Shown here piece by piece: positions 23,143-33,710 of a stretch of DNA of 64,000 bases; the first letter of the stretch is position 1; the number at the start of each line of letters is the position of its first letter. The translations under genes and the position numbers were made by a program. The stretch covers positions 32,001 through 96,000 of the forward strand of contig CBDCLE010000001.1 in the NCBI GenBank assembly GCA_965218585.1, read 5' to 3'. The DNA comes from Terriglobia bacterium. Lineage in GTDB: Bacteria; Acidobacteriota; Terriglobia; 20CM-2-55-15. The notes under the pieces are model-generated. The model was not told the DNA's origin. It worked only from the letters and a program-made list of their open reading frames with translations, and made no database searches.

Positions 23143-23377
23143 ATAGTGCCCTATACGGAATAGTGAAGTGTCAACGCCCGAGAAATCAGCCATCTTCGCG
23201 GACGTTGAGAATTGGGCGAATTACGGCGGTTGAGCGTTTTCTTGCCAATAATCCTCCTACCTAGATAGACTTACCAGGATTTCGCCGTTTCTTTTGAAGA
23301 CACTTTTTAAACATGGAATCTGTCACCATGTCGGCAGATCCCTTAGACGAAAAACCATCAACCGATTGGACATTGAA

Positions 23378-24400
23378 ATGAGACACATCTCCCGGCTTGT
23401 TCTTTTGACAGCATGTTTAGCTCTGACCTCGGCATCAGCGGGTGCTCTTCAACAGATTCATGACCTCGGCCTGACTCCGGAACGAGTTCACTGGGGCTAC
23501 TACGACGGCGGTCTGGAGCCCGTTCTCACGATCGCCTCCGGCGACACTGTTCGCGTGGAAACCCTCCTGGCACGGGGGTTGGAACGGCTTCGACTTGCCG
23601 GCGCGTCCGAAGATGAAATACCGGAGACGCTGAAAGTGGTCGAGGAAGCCATCCAGGATCGCGGTCCGGGCGCCCATCCGATGACGGGCCCGATCTGGGT
23701 CGAAGGCGCTGAATCGGGAGACGTGCTCGAAGTGCAGATTCTGGGCTTCGAGTTCCTTCATCCTTTCGGCGTGAGTTATTTTCTGCCCGGCGCAGGGACG
23801 CTCCCGGACGATTTCCCCTACACGAGGGTCAAACTCACACGCTTCGATCCCGAAACTGGCAGGGTTGATTTCGCTCCAGGCATCACGCTCCAGCTTGCAC
23901 CCTTTTTCGGTTCGATCGGCGTAGGCCCGGATCCGATTCTCGGCCGGGTCAACACCAACCCGCCGGGACACCATGCCGGTAACCTCGACAACAAGGACCT
24001 CGTCGCAGGTTCGACGTTGTACCTTCCGGTCCATGTCTCGGGAGGTCTGCTTTCGTTCGGCGACGGCCACGGTTTGCAGGGCGATGGTGAAGTCGCGTTG
24101 TCGGCACTGGAGACTTCACTGCGGGGGACAGTGCGGATCATTCTGCACAAGGACCGCACTCTCAAGCGGCCCCGGGCTGAAACGCCCACCCACTACATCA
24201 CGATGGGATTGCACACGGACCTGGATAGAGCGGCGGAGATGGCCACGCGAGAGATGATCGATTTCCTGGTTGCCGAAAAGGGAATGGAACCCGGGACCGC
24301 CTACATACTCTGTTCCCTGTCCATGGACCTGGCCATCACGCAACTCGTGGACGGGACCAAAGGCGTCCACGCGAAGATCGCGAAGTCTATTTTCGATTAG
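23378..24400 (+). CDS. Acetamidase/formamidase-family protein
   Basis: HPMTGPI, GNLDNK, GDGHGLQGDGEV. Confidence 0.9.
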   Translation: MRHISRLVLLTACLALTSASAGALQQIHDLGLTPERVHWGYYDGGLEPVLTIASGDTVRVETLLARGLERLRLAGASEDEIPETLKVVEEAIQDRGPGAHPMTGPIWVEGAESGDVLEVQILGFEFLHPFGVSYFLPGAGTLPDDFPYTRVKLTRFDPETGRVDFAPGITLQLAPFFGSIGVGPDPILGRVNTNPPGHHAGNLDNKDLVAGSTLYLPVHVSGGLLSFGDGHGLQGDGEVALSALETSLRGTVRIILHKDRTLKRPRAETPTHYITMGLHTDLDRAAEMATREMIDFLVAEKGMEPGTAYILCSLSMDLAITQLVDGTKGVHAKIAKSIFD

Positions 24401-24474
24401 CACCTATACGGCAAACAAACAGGTCGCCGTCGGTCTTCAGCGGGAGGCGAACCGGCGGGCTTCCACAGAGTTTC

Positions 24475-26190
24475 CTACGGCATTCCCGGAGGGGGACTCC
24501 GGCGCATCGTAGCCTGTTCGAAGGCGTATGCCAACTCGAGCAACCGTGGCTCGCTGCATGCCATTCCCGCGAAACTCACACCGAACGGGCGGGGCTTCGG
24601 CTCGAAGTCTTCCGGCATGGGTGGGTCGGCCTCGGTCAGCGCAAAGGCGAACGGCACGATCACGGTCGGATAGCCTGGCCGAGCCGAGATTCCAGCGCCG
24701 CTGGAGGAGGGAAACAGGAGCGCGTCCAGTTCGAGGCCCGTCATCACCTCGTCGATGCCGTGCTCGCCGTTCAGGCGTAGGTCCCGCGCGCGATCGGCCT
24801 CGTACGCGGCGCGATCTTCCTCCAGGTCCAGCTCGTCCGCACCGTCGAGACGGGCCTGCCCGTACTTGAGTGTGCCAGCCTGCTCGTGAGCCAGGTTCCA
24901 CTCGCGGAGTTCGGTCAGTGTCTTGACGGGGGCGGTGTCGCCGAGGGACTCGAGCCAGAGGTTGAAGTCCCGCTTCATGCCGTATGAGAGCACGCTACTG
25001 TTCGGGTTCGACATCAGGTTGTTTTCGGGATCGGGGTCGACGACGCTCGGGATGTCAGCCGGATCGACGATCGTGGCTCCCTGCTCGATGAGAATTGCGA
25101 TGGCCTCGGCCATCACGGCCCTTCCCTCGTCGGAAAGCCGGTCCTGCGACCTGTCGGACCCGGGGACGCCGACAGATTCGTAGTAGAGAGCTCGAGGAAT
25201 GCCGATGCGAGCGTCCGCCAGCCCGTCGGCGCGGAGAAACGCTCGGTAGTCTCCGTTCGGCGGAGGTTCGCATAGTGATGTCGCCGGATCATTCGGGTCC
25301 GGCTCCGAGCCTTCGAGGGCGCCGAGCATGATCGCGGCATCGGTGACAGTACGCGCCATTGGGCCGGCCGTGTCCTGATCGGCGGTGATTGGGATCACGC
25401 CCCAGCGGCTCACCCGTCCCACGGTCGGCTTAATCCCCGCAAGCATGTTGGCATTCGATGGGGTCAGGATGGAGCCCGACGTCTCGGTGCCCACGTTCGC
25501 GACCCAAAAGCTCGACGCCGTCCCGATGCCGGAGCTGGATCCACCCGTGCCCATCACGGGGCGACCATCGTTCAGCCCCTCCCGCGGATCCCGTCGCGGG
25601 TCGTACGGGTTCAAGCCAAAACCCCCGACCGCGCTGTAGTTGCCAGGCATCCCGGCGGCGGTGAAGTTTGCGAGCTCGGTCATGACCGTCTTGGCGAGGA
25701 TGATGGCTCCGGCCTCGCGCAGGTTCGTCGTCAGAGTCGCCTCGTACGGCGGCACATAGTCTTCGAAGGCTAAAGCGCCCCCGGTCGTCGGCACGTCGAT
25801 CGTGTGGACGTTGTCCTTGAGCGCTATCGGAATGCCGTGGAACGGTCCTCTCACGAGGCCCGCAGCACGTTCTTCGTCAAGCCGGTCCGCTTGGGCGAGC
25901 GCATTGGCGTTGACAGCAATCGTCGCGTTTACCTGTTCTTCGTAGAGGGCGATGCGCAGAAGATGTGCTTCGACCAGTTCACGTGAGGTGATGCGCCCCT
26001 CCTCCATCGCGCTCTGCATGTCGGTGATGGTCGCCTCGACGACGTTGAAACTCTCTTCGGGGCCCGTGGCTCTCGCGCACGACACGAAGAGCCAGGGAAG
26101 AAGGACTGCAGAGATCACAAGCGCGGGACCCGGACGGACCCGGCTTGATAGGTGTTGGATATCGGATTTGATTCTCATGTCATTCCTCAT
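24475..26190 (-). CDS. Amidase signature family lipoprotein
   Basis: GIPIALKDN, GGSSSG, GTETSGSI, GIKPTVG. Confidence 0.92.
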   Translation of the reverse strand: MRNDMRIKSDIQHLSSRVRPGPALVISAVLLPWLFVSCARATGPEESFNVVEATITDMQSAMEEGRITSRELVEAHLLRIALYEEQVNATIAVNANALAQADRLDEERAAGLVRGPFHGIPIALKDNVHTIDVPTTGGALAFEDYVPPYEATLTTNLREAGAIILAKTVMTELANFTAAGMPGNYSAVGGFGLNPYDPRRDPREGLNDGRPVMGTGGSSSGIGTASSFWVANVGTETSGSILTPSNANMLAGIKPTVGRVSRWGVIPITADQDTAGPMARTVTDAAIMLGALEGSEPDPNDPATSLCEPPPNGDYRAFLRADGLADARIGIPRALYYESVGVPGSDRSQDRLSDEGRAVMAEAIAILIEQGATIVDPADIPSVVDPDPENNLMSNPNSSVLSYGMKRDFNLWLESLGDTAPVKTLTELREWNLAHEQAGTLKYGQARLDGADELDLEEDRAAYEADRARDLRLNGEHGIDEVMTGLELDALLFPSSSGAGISARPGYPTVIVPFAFALTEADPPMPEDFEPKPRPFGVSFAGMACSEPRLLELAYAFEQATMRRSPPPGMP

Positions 26191-26200
26191 GATGCCGCCT

Positions 26201-27373
26201 CTACTCGCCTTGTTCGACCAACCAGTCAAGCGCCGCTTGCGCGCCGCCAGCTTTGAACGGTACTCGGGCGAGCTGAAGCCCCATCTCCACGCCACAGAGC
26301 GTACCCGCCAGCATCAGTTCGTTGAGCCACCCCAGGTGACCGATGCGAAAGACCCTACCCTTCATTTTGCCCAGACCCGTGCCCAACGTCATGTCGAAAC
26401 GCTCCAGGATCACCTTGCGCAGCCGATCAGCGTCGTGGCCTTCCGGCATGACCACGGCCGTCAAGCTGTTTGAGTGCTCGTCGGGATCCAGGCTGAGATT
26501 CTCCAGGCCCCACCCAGCAACGGCTCTACGCGTGGTTTCGGCAAGCCGGGCGTGGCGGGAGAACACGTCTTCGAGCCCTTCCTCGAACAGCATGATCAGT
26601 GCTTCATCGAGACCGAAGAGCAGATTGGTGGCCGGTGTATAGGGAAAGAAACCACTCTTGTTCGCCTCAAGGACCGCGCTCCAGTCCCAGTATGACCTGG
26701 GCAGGGTCGCGTCGTTGGCAGCGTCAAGCGCCTTGTCACTTACCGCATTGAAGCCGAGACCCGGAGGCAGCATGAGACCTTTCTGGGACCCTCCAATGGT
26801 TACGTCCACGCCCCATGCGTCTTGTTGGTAGTCGGTCGAGCCGAGCGAAGAGATCACGTCCACCAGAAGCAGAGCAGGATGAGCTGCCGAGTCCATGGCT
26901 TTTCGGACCTGGGCGATCTGACTGGTAACTCCTGTGGACGTTTCGTTGTGGACGACGGCAACGGCTTTGATCGTTCTATCGCTATCTGCCGATAGTCTTG
27001 CCTCGATGGTCTCGGGCTGCACCCCGTGGCGCCAATCTCCGGGAATGAACTCCACATCGAGCCCAAGCTTCGTGGCGATGTCGCGCCAGAGCACAGCGAA
27101 CTGTCCCGTCTCCACCATCAACAGTGTGTCGCCGGGGGAGAGGGTATTCACCAAGGCGGCTTCCCAGCAGCCCGATCCCGACGACGGAAAAATAATCACC
27201 GGACCCGTGCAGTTAAAAACCTGCTTCAGCCCGGACAGGAGTCGTTCTGTCAGCTCTCGAAACTCCGGGCCGCGATGATCGATCGTGGGCCGATCGATAG
27301 CCCGCAACACGCGGTCGGGCACATTGCTAGGGCCAGGAATCTGCAGGAATTGTCTACCGGATCTCTTTGTCAT
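26201..27373 (-). CDS. Serine/alanine-glyoxylate aminotransferase (class V)
   Basis: FLQIPGP, VHNETSTG, GSQKGLMLPPG, FRIGHLG. Confidence 0.92.
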   Translation of the reverse strand: MTKRSGRQFLQIPGPSNVPDRVLRAIDRPTIDHRGPEFRELTERLLSGLKQVFNCTGPVIIFPSSGSGCWEAALVNTLSPGDTLLMVETGQFAVLWRDIATKLGLDVEFIPGDWRHGVQPETIEARLSADSDRTIKAVAVVHNETSTGVTSQIAQVRKAMDSAAHPALLLVDVISSLGSTDYQQDAWGVDVTIGGSQKGLMLPPGLGFNAVSDKALDAANDATLPRSYWDWSAVLEANKSGFFPYTPATNLLFGLDEALIMLFEEGLEDVFSRHARLAETTRRAVAGWGLENLSLDPDEHSNSLTAVVMPEGHDADRLRKVILERFDMTLGTGLGKMKGRVFRIGHLGWLNELMLAGTLCGVEMGLQLARVPFKAGGAQAALDWLVEQGE

Positions 27374-27672
27374 TGCTTCTTCGTTTTGTCTGAGAGCAAG
27401 CGCCACGCAACACAATAACATGAAGGGGACGAGCGCCGCCCGTGCCCTAGAAGGCGGATGTTGGCTTGAGACCCTGCGTCTTTTTTGAGAAAGAAGTTGG
27501 ACGCAACCAATTCCCAGACCTCTAAAGCGGCCACTGGGGCCAAGGGACATGCTGGCGCTTCTAGTTTGATAAGCTCTGAATGCTCATGCTACGTTTTGCC
27601 GCGATTTCAGTAGTGTGCTGAACAATAATGGCGCACAGATATCCATAAATATTCAACAATACGGAGAGAACA

Positions 27673-28311
27673 ATGAGACTTCTTCTTGCACTATCGGTCG
27701 TCGCCACTCTGTTTTGCTCGTTGACCCTCGAGGCTCAGGACAACCGGATGAGTTTTTTCGTCACAAGCGAAGGGCCGGGTAACGGGGCCGACCTCGGCGG
27801 ACTGGCCGGCGCCGACGCCCATTGCCAGGAACTCGCTGCGTCTGTCGGCGCGGGCAACCGGACATGGCGCGCATATTTGAGCACCGAGGCCGACGGGGGC
27901 CGGGGCGACAGCGCCCGCCTTCGCATCGGCAATGGTCCCTGGTACAACGCGCACGGCGTGCTCATAGCAGCCGATGCCGACGAACTGCACGTGTACAATC
28001 GGACCATAAAGAAGGCCACGGCCGTTGACGAGAACGGCGATCAAGTCAATGGTGTCGGGGACAACCCAAATTGGCACGATATTCTGACGGGCTCGATGGG
28101 AGACGGGATGGCGTTCTTCCCGGACGACGACGATCACACCTGCAACAATTGGACGAGTAGCGGCGACGGCAGTGCCATGGTCGGGCACACGGACCGCTTC
28201 GGCGGAGGCAATCCCTCGTGGAACGCGGCCCATGCGTCGGCTGGTTGCAGTCAGGCTCAGTTGCAGGCCACTGGTGGCGGCGGTCTGTTCTATTGTTTTG
28301 CCGCAGACTGA
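27673..28311 (+). CDS. Secreted lectin-like protein
   Basis: Signal peptide; GLAGADAHCQ.LA, WRAYLS, GLFYCFA. Confidence 0.75.
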   Translation: MRLLLALSVVATLFCSLTLEAQDNRMSFFVTSEGPGNGADLGGLAGADAHCQELAASVGAGNRTWRAYLSTEADGGRGDSARLRIGNGPWYNAHGVLIAADADELHVYNRTIKKATAVDENGDQVNGVGDNPNWHDILTGSMGDGMAFFPDDDDHTCNNWTSSGDGSAMVGHTDRFGGGNPSWNAAHASAGCSQAQLQATGGGGLFYCFAAD

Positions 28312-28352
28312 GTCGCTCGCCGTTCCATTGACGAGAAATCAGTTTCAGCAGA

Positions 28353-28402
28353 TGCGGGAACTCGCAGTCCGTTCCAAGCGGAACCGAAGGTGAGTTCCCG
28401 CA
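28353..28402. repeat. Intergenic hairpin (REP- or terminator-like)
   Basis: TGCGGGAACTCGC ... GTGAGTTCCCGCA with an inner GTTCC/GGAAC stem. Confidence 0.55.
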
Positions 28403-28801
28403 AATTGCCTTCAGAGAACCGAAGGGGACCGACTTCGTGTGCTTACAACTTTAGTCTGCACTCAGATTTACTCCAAATTCCACGGTTCAGTTCAACCATG
28501 AACGGGACGATCCATAAGCGAGGGTTGAACGTTCGGCATCGCCAGAAGGCCCTCTGATGCATCACAGATATTTGCTATTTGCGATTGCAGCAGTGATCGT
28601 TTCGTTGATTACCGCATGAGGTTCACAGGCTCCTGTGATCCAGGGGATGGAATTGGATTCGAGACCCAGCGAAACTGTCCCTCTGGCTGCACTGGTGACC
28701 TTCGAGACCGACCGGCAAACGACGGTGGCTTTGAGGTTCGATGACGGTGATTGAAGCTGGAGTGTGGACACTGGGGCGAGGGCCAACACGAAACACGTAG
28801 T

Positions 28802-30952
28802 GCGTGCCTGGCAGCACGCGTTTCCGGCGGGTTAAAGTCCCGCTCGGCCCGAGGCCACGGGTCGATATCCAATAAGTGGGGGTAATGCCTCACTGGCCGA
28901 AGTGTAGGCGGGTATGCAAATGCCTAAACGGGCACGAAGGCGAAAGCCGGATACGGCCAAGACAGAGCTGGATCCACCTACGGAAACTTTGGAGGGCAGG
29001 GCGCCCACCGCGAGGTGGGGTCTGAAGGGCATGAGGAGAACCACCGGGTCGTAATCGACGGGAGCGATCCCGAGGATGAACCGGTCGGCCAAAGATGGGG
29101 AATGGTCGAGCCCGCACTATGGGGGCGAAGGCACATTGGTTCCCCCCCATCGCACCAAGGTGTGTGCGGGCGACACGGTGGAGAAGAGACACGAGTGACC
29201 CAGGGAGGCCTGGTATTGTCCGGGCGGAAGGTAAGGTCGAGATGGTGTGGCACCCGCAGACGAAAGGGCGGGCAACGGAGAAGACAAACATCGACCTAGA
29301 GCCCCGCAAGGTAGGTGCGGATATAAGCGAGAGCGAAGTTCCGGCCGACGCGGTGCCAGGAATCGGATCAGGGAATAGTACTCAGGAACGAGACACCGAA
29401 CATAAGATCTCGGATCGTTGCTTCAAGCAGCGGCGCTGGCGGGTTCAAAAGGCCCGTTGGAGGGGGAAGTCCCTGTACTCAGTTGTGATTGTGCGAGCGA
29501 GGGAAAGGCGGAGGTATCGTGACCTTGGACAGTTCCCTTAGTGAAAGACCCAAACGCGATTCGGACGAAGCCGCCGCCCGTCACCACACAGCGACATTGG
29601 AAAGCAAACAGGGAAAGAAGCGAAAGGTCCACTCGCTGATCGACAAGGTGTTTAGTCGCAAGAATCTGGAGTTGGCCTGGGAGAAGGTGAAGCGGAACCG
29701 AGGTAGTGCGGGCATCGACAAGGTGACCGTTGAGCAGTTTGAAACGCGCAAGGAGGAATATCTGGCCTTGTTGCATCAAAGACTGCGAGATGGCAGTTAT
29801 CGCCCCAAGCCGGTTAAGCGAGTCGAGATCGGGAAGTCCGACGGAGGAGTGCGAAAGCTGGGGATACCGGCCGTGATGGATCGGGTATGTCAGCAGGCAC
29901 TGGTCCAGCGGATGGAACCGATCTTCGAGCCGCTGTTTCTGGACTGCTCATTCGGGTATCGCAAGGGGCGTTCGCCTCACGATGCGATGCGGAAAGTATG
30001 GGTAGAGCTGGGCGAGGGAGACCTATGGGTAGTTGATGCCGACTTGCGGCAGTTCTTCGACACGATTGACCAGGAGAAGCTCCTCGACTTAATTGCCGAA
30101 GAGATCAGCGACGGCCGAGTACTGGGACTGATCCGGGTCATCCTGGGTTCGGGGGTGTTGGACGGAGGTTGCTGGCAACCCACGCGGACGGGAGTTCCCC
30201 AAGGGGGAGTGGCCAGTCCGTTGTGGTCAAACATCTTTCTGACGCCGTTTGACCGTGAGATGACCCGACAAGGTTACAGACTCACACGCTGGGCGGACGA
30301 CTTCGTGGTGGTCTGCAGGACACCGTCGGAAGCCCGGCAGGCACTCGCATGTGCAGAGCGGTTTCTCTGGGAGGCACTTGGAGTTCGGCTCCATCCGAAG
30401 AAGACGCGGATTGTACACGTCCGACAGGGCTTCGAGTTCTTGGGGTACAAGGTGAAGCAAGGGAAAGGCCTGCGCCTGTCCGATACACAGAGGCAGGGTC
30501 GCGGAATGCATCCCTATAACCTGTACGCCATTCCACGGGAAAAGTCGGTGGAGAGGTTCCGGACGCAAATCCGACACCTCTCGCGCCGAAAGGCTCCCCT
30601 CACGCTGGGCGAAGTCATCGACCAGCTCAACCCAGTGATTCGTGGTTGGGGGAACTACTACCGCAAAGCGCGGGTGCGCCGACTCTTTAACCAGTTGGAC
30701 CGTTGGATTGAGCGCCGTATCCACTCGTTTCTCGCGAAACGGTGGCGCAATACGATGTGGCGCCGCTATCCGGCACGACGACTGATTCGGGAGTTTGGTT
30801 TGGTCCGACTGACGCATCTGATCCCCGGTCTTGTGGACCGGTGACTTCGAGCGAGGAGCAACTGAGGAAAGCGGCTTGCGGGAAAACTGCACGAGCCGTT
30901 TGATTGAGCGGACGGTGGAAGGGCGGCTCTGCCCGACCACTTTCGACTCTAC
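28802..30952 (+). mobile_element. Group II intron (complete)
   Basis: DV GAAAGCGGCTTGCGGGAAAACTGCACGAGCCGTTT, DVI ending TCGACTCTAC, internal RT ORF; removal restores the host reading frame. Confidence 0.92.
29489..30844 (+). CDS. ltrA: Group II intron reverse transcriptase/maturase (no endonuclease domain; start uncertain)
   Basis: RKLGIP..MDR, SFGYR, GVPQGGVASP, RWADDF, FLGY, IRGWGNYY. Confidence 0.93.
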   Translation: MCERGKGGGIVTLDSSLSERPKRDSDEAAARHHTATLESKQGKKRKVHSLIDKVFSRKNLELAWEKVKRNRGSAGIDKVTVEQFETRKEEYLALLHQRLRDGSYRPKPVKRVEIGKSDGGVRKLGIPAVMDRVCQQALVQRMEPIFEPLFLDCSFGYRKGRSPHDAMRKVWVELGEGDLWVVDADLRQFFDTIDQEKLLDLIAEEISDGRVLGLIRVILGSGVLDGGCWQPTRTGVPQGGVASPLWSNIFLTPFDREMTRQGYRLTRWADDFVVVCRTPSEARQALACAERFLWEALGVRLHPKKTRIVHVRQGFEFLGYKVKQGKGLRLSDTQRQGRGMHPYNLYAIPREKSVERFRTQIRHLSRRKAPLTLGEVIDQLNPVIRGWGNYYRKARVRRLFNQLDRWIERRIHSFLAKRWRNTMWRRYPARRLIREFGLVRLTHLIPGLVDR

Positions 30953-32376
30953 ACCGATCCTCGGTATGCGCCCGGGCCGTACCCATCGCATCGTTGTGGT
31001 CGTTACCAATGAGAATGGGGTCAGCGCCTCGTCGGAACCACTGGAGCTCACGACCGATCCACTTCCGGATGATTTCCCCCCCATAGAAGTGAGTGTCAGC
31101 CGGCCAGACCTCATGGAGCTGGGCGTCACCCTGTTGGAGCCTGACTACAGCCCGGAGGATCGAAGCGAGCGGGATCATGAACTACTGGTGGCTGTCGATG
31201 AGGCTGGTGAGGTGGTCTGGTACTACCAGTCAGATCAGTCGGTGTCGGATGCCCGGCGGATGGAGAACGGCAATCTGTTTTATATGTCGGGTGGAACGCA
31301 TCTCCATGAAATCGACATGCTCGGGAACCGGGTGTCCGAATGGCATACCAATGGTGCTCCAGAAGACGAGGTAGGGGCCAATAGCATCAACGTTGATACG
31401 GAGAGGCTTCACCACGAAGCGTTTCCAACTCCGTTGGGGAACATCCTGGCGCTCGGCAGCGAAGTGCGTACCTACGAGGGATACCCCACCAGCGACACGG
31501 ACCGGGAGGCCCCCACAGCCACTGCTGATTTGATCGGAGATGTCCTGGTGGAGTTCACCCGCCAGGGCAAAGTCGTTCATGAAGTAGGAGTGTTGGATCT
31601 GCTCGACCCGTATCGCATCGGTTATAACTCGATAGAAAACGGGAGAGCTGGAACAGCCGTCTTTGGAGAACCGGGTGCGCATCCTCGCCATGACTGGACT
31701 CATGGCAACGCTGTGGTTTCAGACCCGACCGGGCGTTACGCGATTGCCTCACTGCGACACCAGGACGCTGTAGTGAAGGTCGATATGGAGACCGGGGAAT
31801 TGATCTGGATTCTCGGTAACCACGGCGGTTGGGGGCCCGAGTGGCAACGCTACCTGTTGCAAGCGAGAGGCGACTTGTTGTGGCCGTATCATTAACATGC
31901 CCCGATGATTACACCTCAAGGAACGATGCTGATCTTCGACAACGGCAACAACAGAGCGCGACCTTTCGAGGAGCCGATGCCCCCATCAGAGTCCTTCAGT
32001 CGAGCCGTGGAGTACAGCATTGACGAGGAAAACATGGAGGTGTCTGAGATATGGTCTTATGGGGACCCGGAAGACGAAAAGTTCTTCGCGAGGTTTGTGG
32101 GGGATGCGGATTGGATGCCACAGATGGGTAACGTCCTAATCAATTACGGGGGGCTGGTTTCAGATGCGGAAGGGAACCCTGTTGAAACCGGACCTGGCCA
32201 CATGCGGGTGCGAGTTGTGGAGGTTACACACGATACTCCGGCGGAGAAGGTTTTTGAGCTTTTCATAGATGATGAACGACCCGCAGGCTGGAACATGTTT
32301 CGAGCTGCACGGCTTCCCAGCCTCTACCCATAGGAGATGTCGTGCCCTCTCGCAAGGCACAATGAAGGAGTAAGTG

Positions 32377-32727
32377 ATGCATTCATATACCTGGCAATCA
32401 ATTTCCCCGGAGCGACTGAGTGACGACATTTCACGCCAGATGATCGCTGGTGAAAACGAGATGGTCGTGCGCTGGGAGTTCAAGAAGGGCGGATTTGCGG
32501 CCCGTCACAGGCATCCGAACGAGCAAATCGTAATGATGGTAAGCGGTCGCCTGAGGCTGGGAGTCGGAGATGAAGAAATGGTCTTGGGCCTGGGTGACAT
32601 CGTGGTCGTTCCGCCTAACGTACCGCACGAAGCAGAGGCACTTGAAGACACGGTGGTGATCGATCTTTTCAGTCCGCCCCGCGAGGATTTTCTCTCAGGC
32701 GAAGCGCCAGCTTACATGAAGCAGTGA
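32377..32727 (+). CDS. Cupin-domain protein
   Basis: HRHPNEQ...VPPNVPH, DLFSPPREDF. Confidence 0.88.
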   Translation: MHSYTWQSISPERLSDDISRQMIAGENEMVVRWEFKKGGFAARHRHPNEQIVMMVSGRLRLGVGDEEMVLGLGDIVVVPPNVPHEAEALEDTVVIDLFSPPREDFLSGEAPAYMKQ

Positions 32728-32885
32728 CGACCGGCTGCCGCACTTGAACAGGCAGCATCATTCTCTCACTGTGGGTGTTAAGTCCTCGGAAACCTTCTTG
32801 TAGAAGTGCGCCCCTTCGATCGGACACTCTTCATAAAATATAAGTCACATCGATAAGACCGGGTTTTACCTGACAGGGTGACAGT

Positions 32886-33596
32886 TCATAGCGGTCTGTT
32901 CGGGTTGGTTATGGTGCGCCACATAAAGCTGCTCGGCGAGTCATCCCAGCCCAGGCCCTCTTTCGGCTGTCTGAAGTGGCGGCCGATGATGTCGAGGAAG
33001 GGCTCGATCGTTGGTACGGCTTCCGGATCGAAGCTGTAGTCGTCGTTCGCGACGATCTGCATCGCGTGATCGTACCATCGGTGGTTCTTGACGAACTCGT
33101 ATTCGGTTTGGATGTAAGGTTCCGGAACGTACTTCGGGCCGAAGAGCTCCTTGTACACCTCGGGGTATTCATAACCGTAGTCGGGAGCTGGATAAAAGCG
33201 AAGTGACTGATGATAGCGGACCGAAAAGGCAACTCTGTCCGATACATACGGTCGATATAAGGCTTCGGCCCAGAAACCGTGGTCCGGTCTCTTCAATACT
33301 ATTCCGGTATCATGAATCAGGCATGCAAAAACCGCCTCTTCCGGTGCACCATTGGCGAGTGCTCGTGTGGCGCTCTGCAAGCAATGGTTGCTGGCGGCGC
33401 CGAACCGCAGCTTGAAGAAATCGCTCAGGGTCGGCTCGGCGGGCATCGGAGACAATTCCTGATCCGTGGCCGCGGTCGTCTCCACCGGAGCGAGTTGTCG
33501 GATCCTTTCTTCATCAAGCCGCTCGGCAGCTTCGGACCCGGAGTCTGGGCGATTCTCATTTTGCTCCGCGGTTTTGCGCAGCTTGTTTCTCTCCAT
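32886..33596 (-). CDS. HD-domain protein
   Basis: NHCLQSAT, LIHD.G, DHG. Confidence 0.75.
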   Translation of the reverse strand: MERNKLRKTAEQNENRPDSGSEAAERLDEERIRQLAPVETTAATDQELSPMPAEPTLSDFFKLRFGAASNHCLQSATRALANGAPEEAVFACLIHDTGIVLKRPDHGFWAEALYRPYVSDRVAFSVRYHQSLRFYPAPDYGYEYPEVYKELFGPKYVPEPYIQTEYEFVKNHRWYDHAMQIVANDDYSFDPEAVPTIEPFLDIIGRHFRQPKEGLGWDDSPSSFMWRTITNPNRPL

Positions 33597-33710
33597 GCAG
33601 CTAGTCTGGGCACCCGACTATTGGGGTGTCAAGTCTTAGCGGCCTGTTCCATTCATTTTGTCGGAAGCTGAGATTTCGATGCACCTGTCCGGCCTCAGGA
33701 TGACACGGAC

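Larger units (their letters stand above)
28557..32333 (+). pseudogene. Arylsulfotransferase (ASST) lipoprotein interrupted by a group II intron and 3 nonsense codons
   Basis: Exon 1 28557-28801 joins exon 2 at 30953 to give HVVPILGMRP; LHHE, DWTHGN, SLRHQD and FDNGN motifs; stops at 28617, 28752 and 31893. Confidence 0.85.

Noticed and set aside
16333-23214. CRISPR array from the repeated palindromic ~36-mer
   Set aside because: Copies are 2-5 kb apart, with no spacer periodicity and no cas genes
29489-30844. Retron, DGR or defence RT
   Set aside because: The RT lies within a complete group II intron with DV/DVI and has a maturase domain; no template/variable repeat pair was seen
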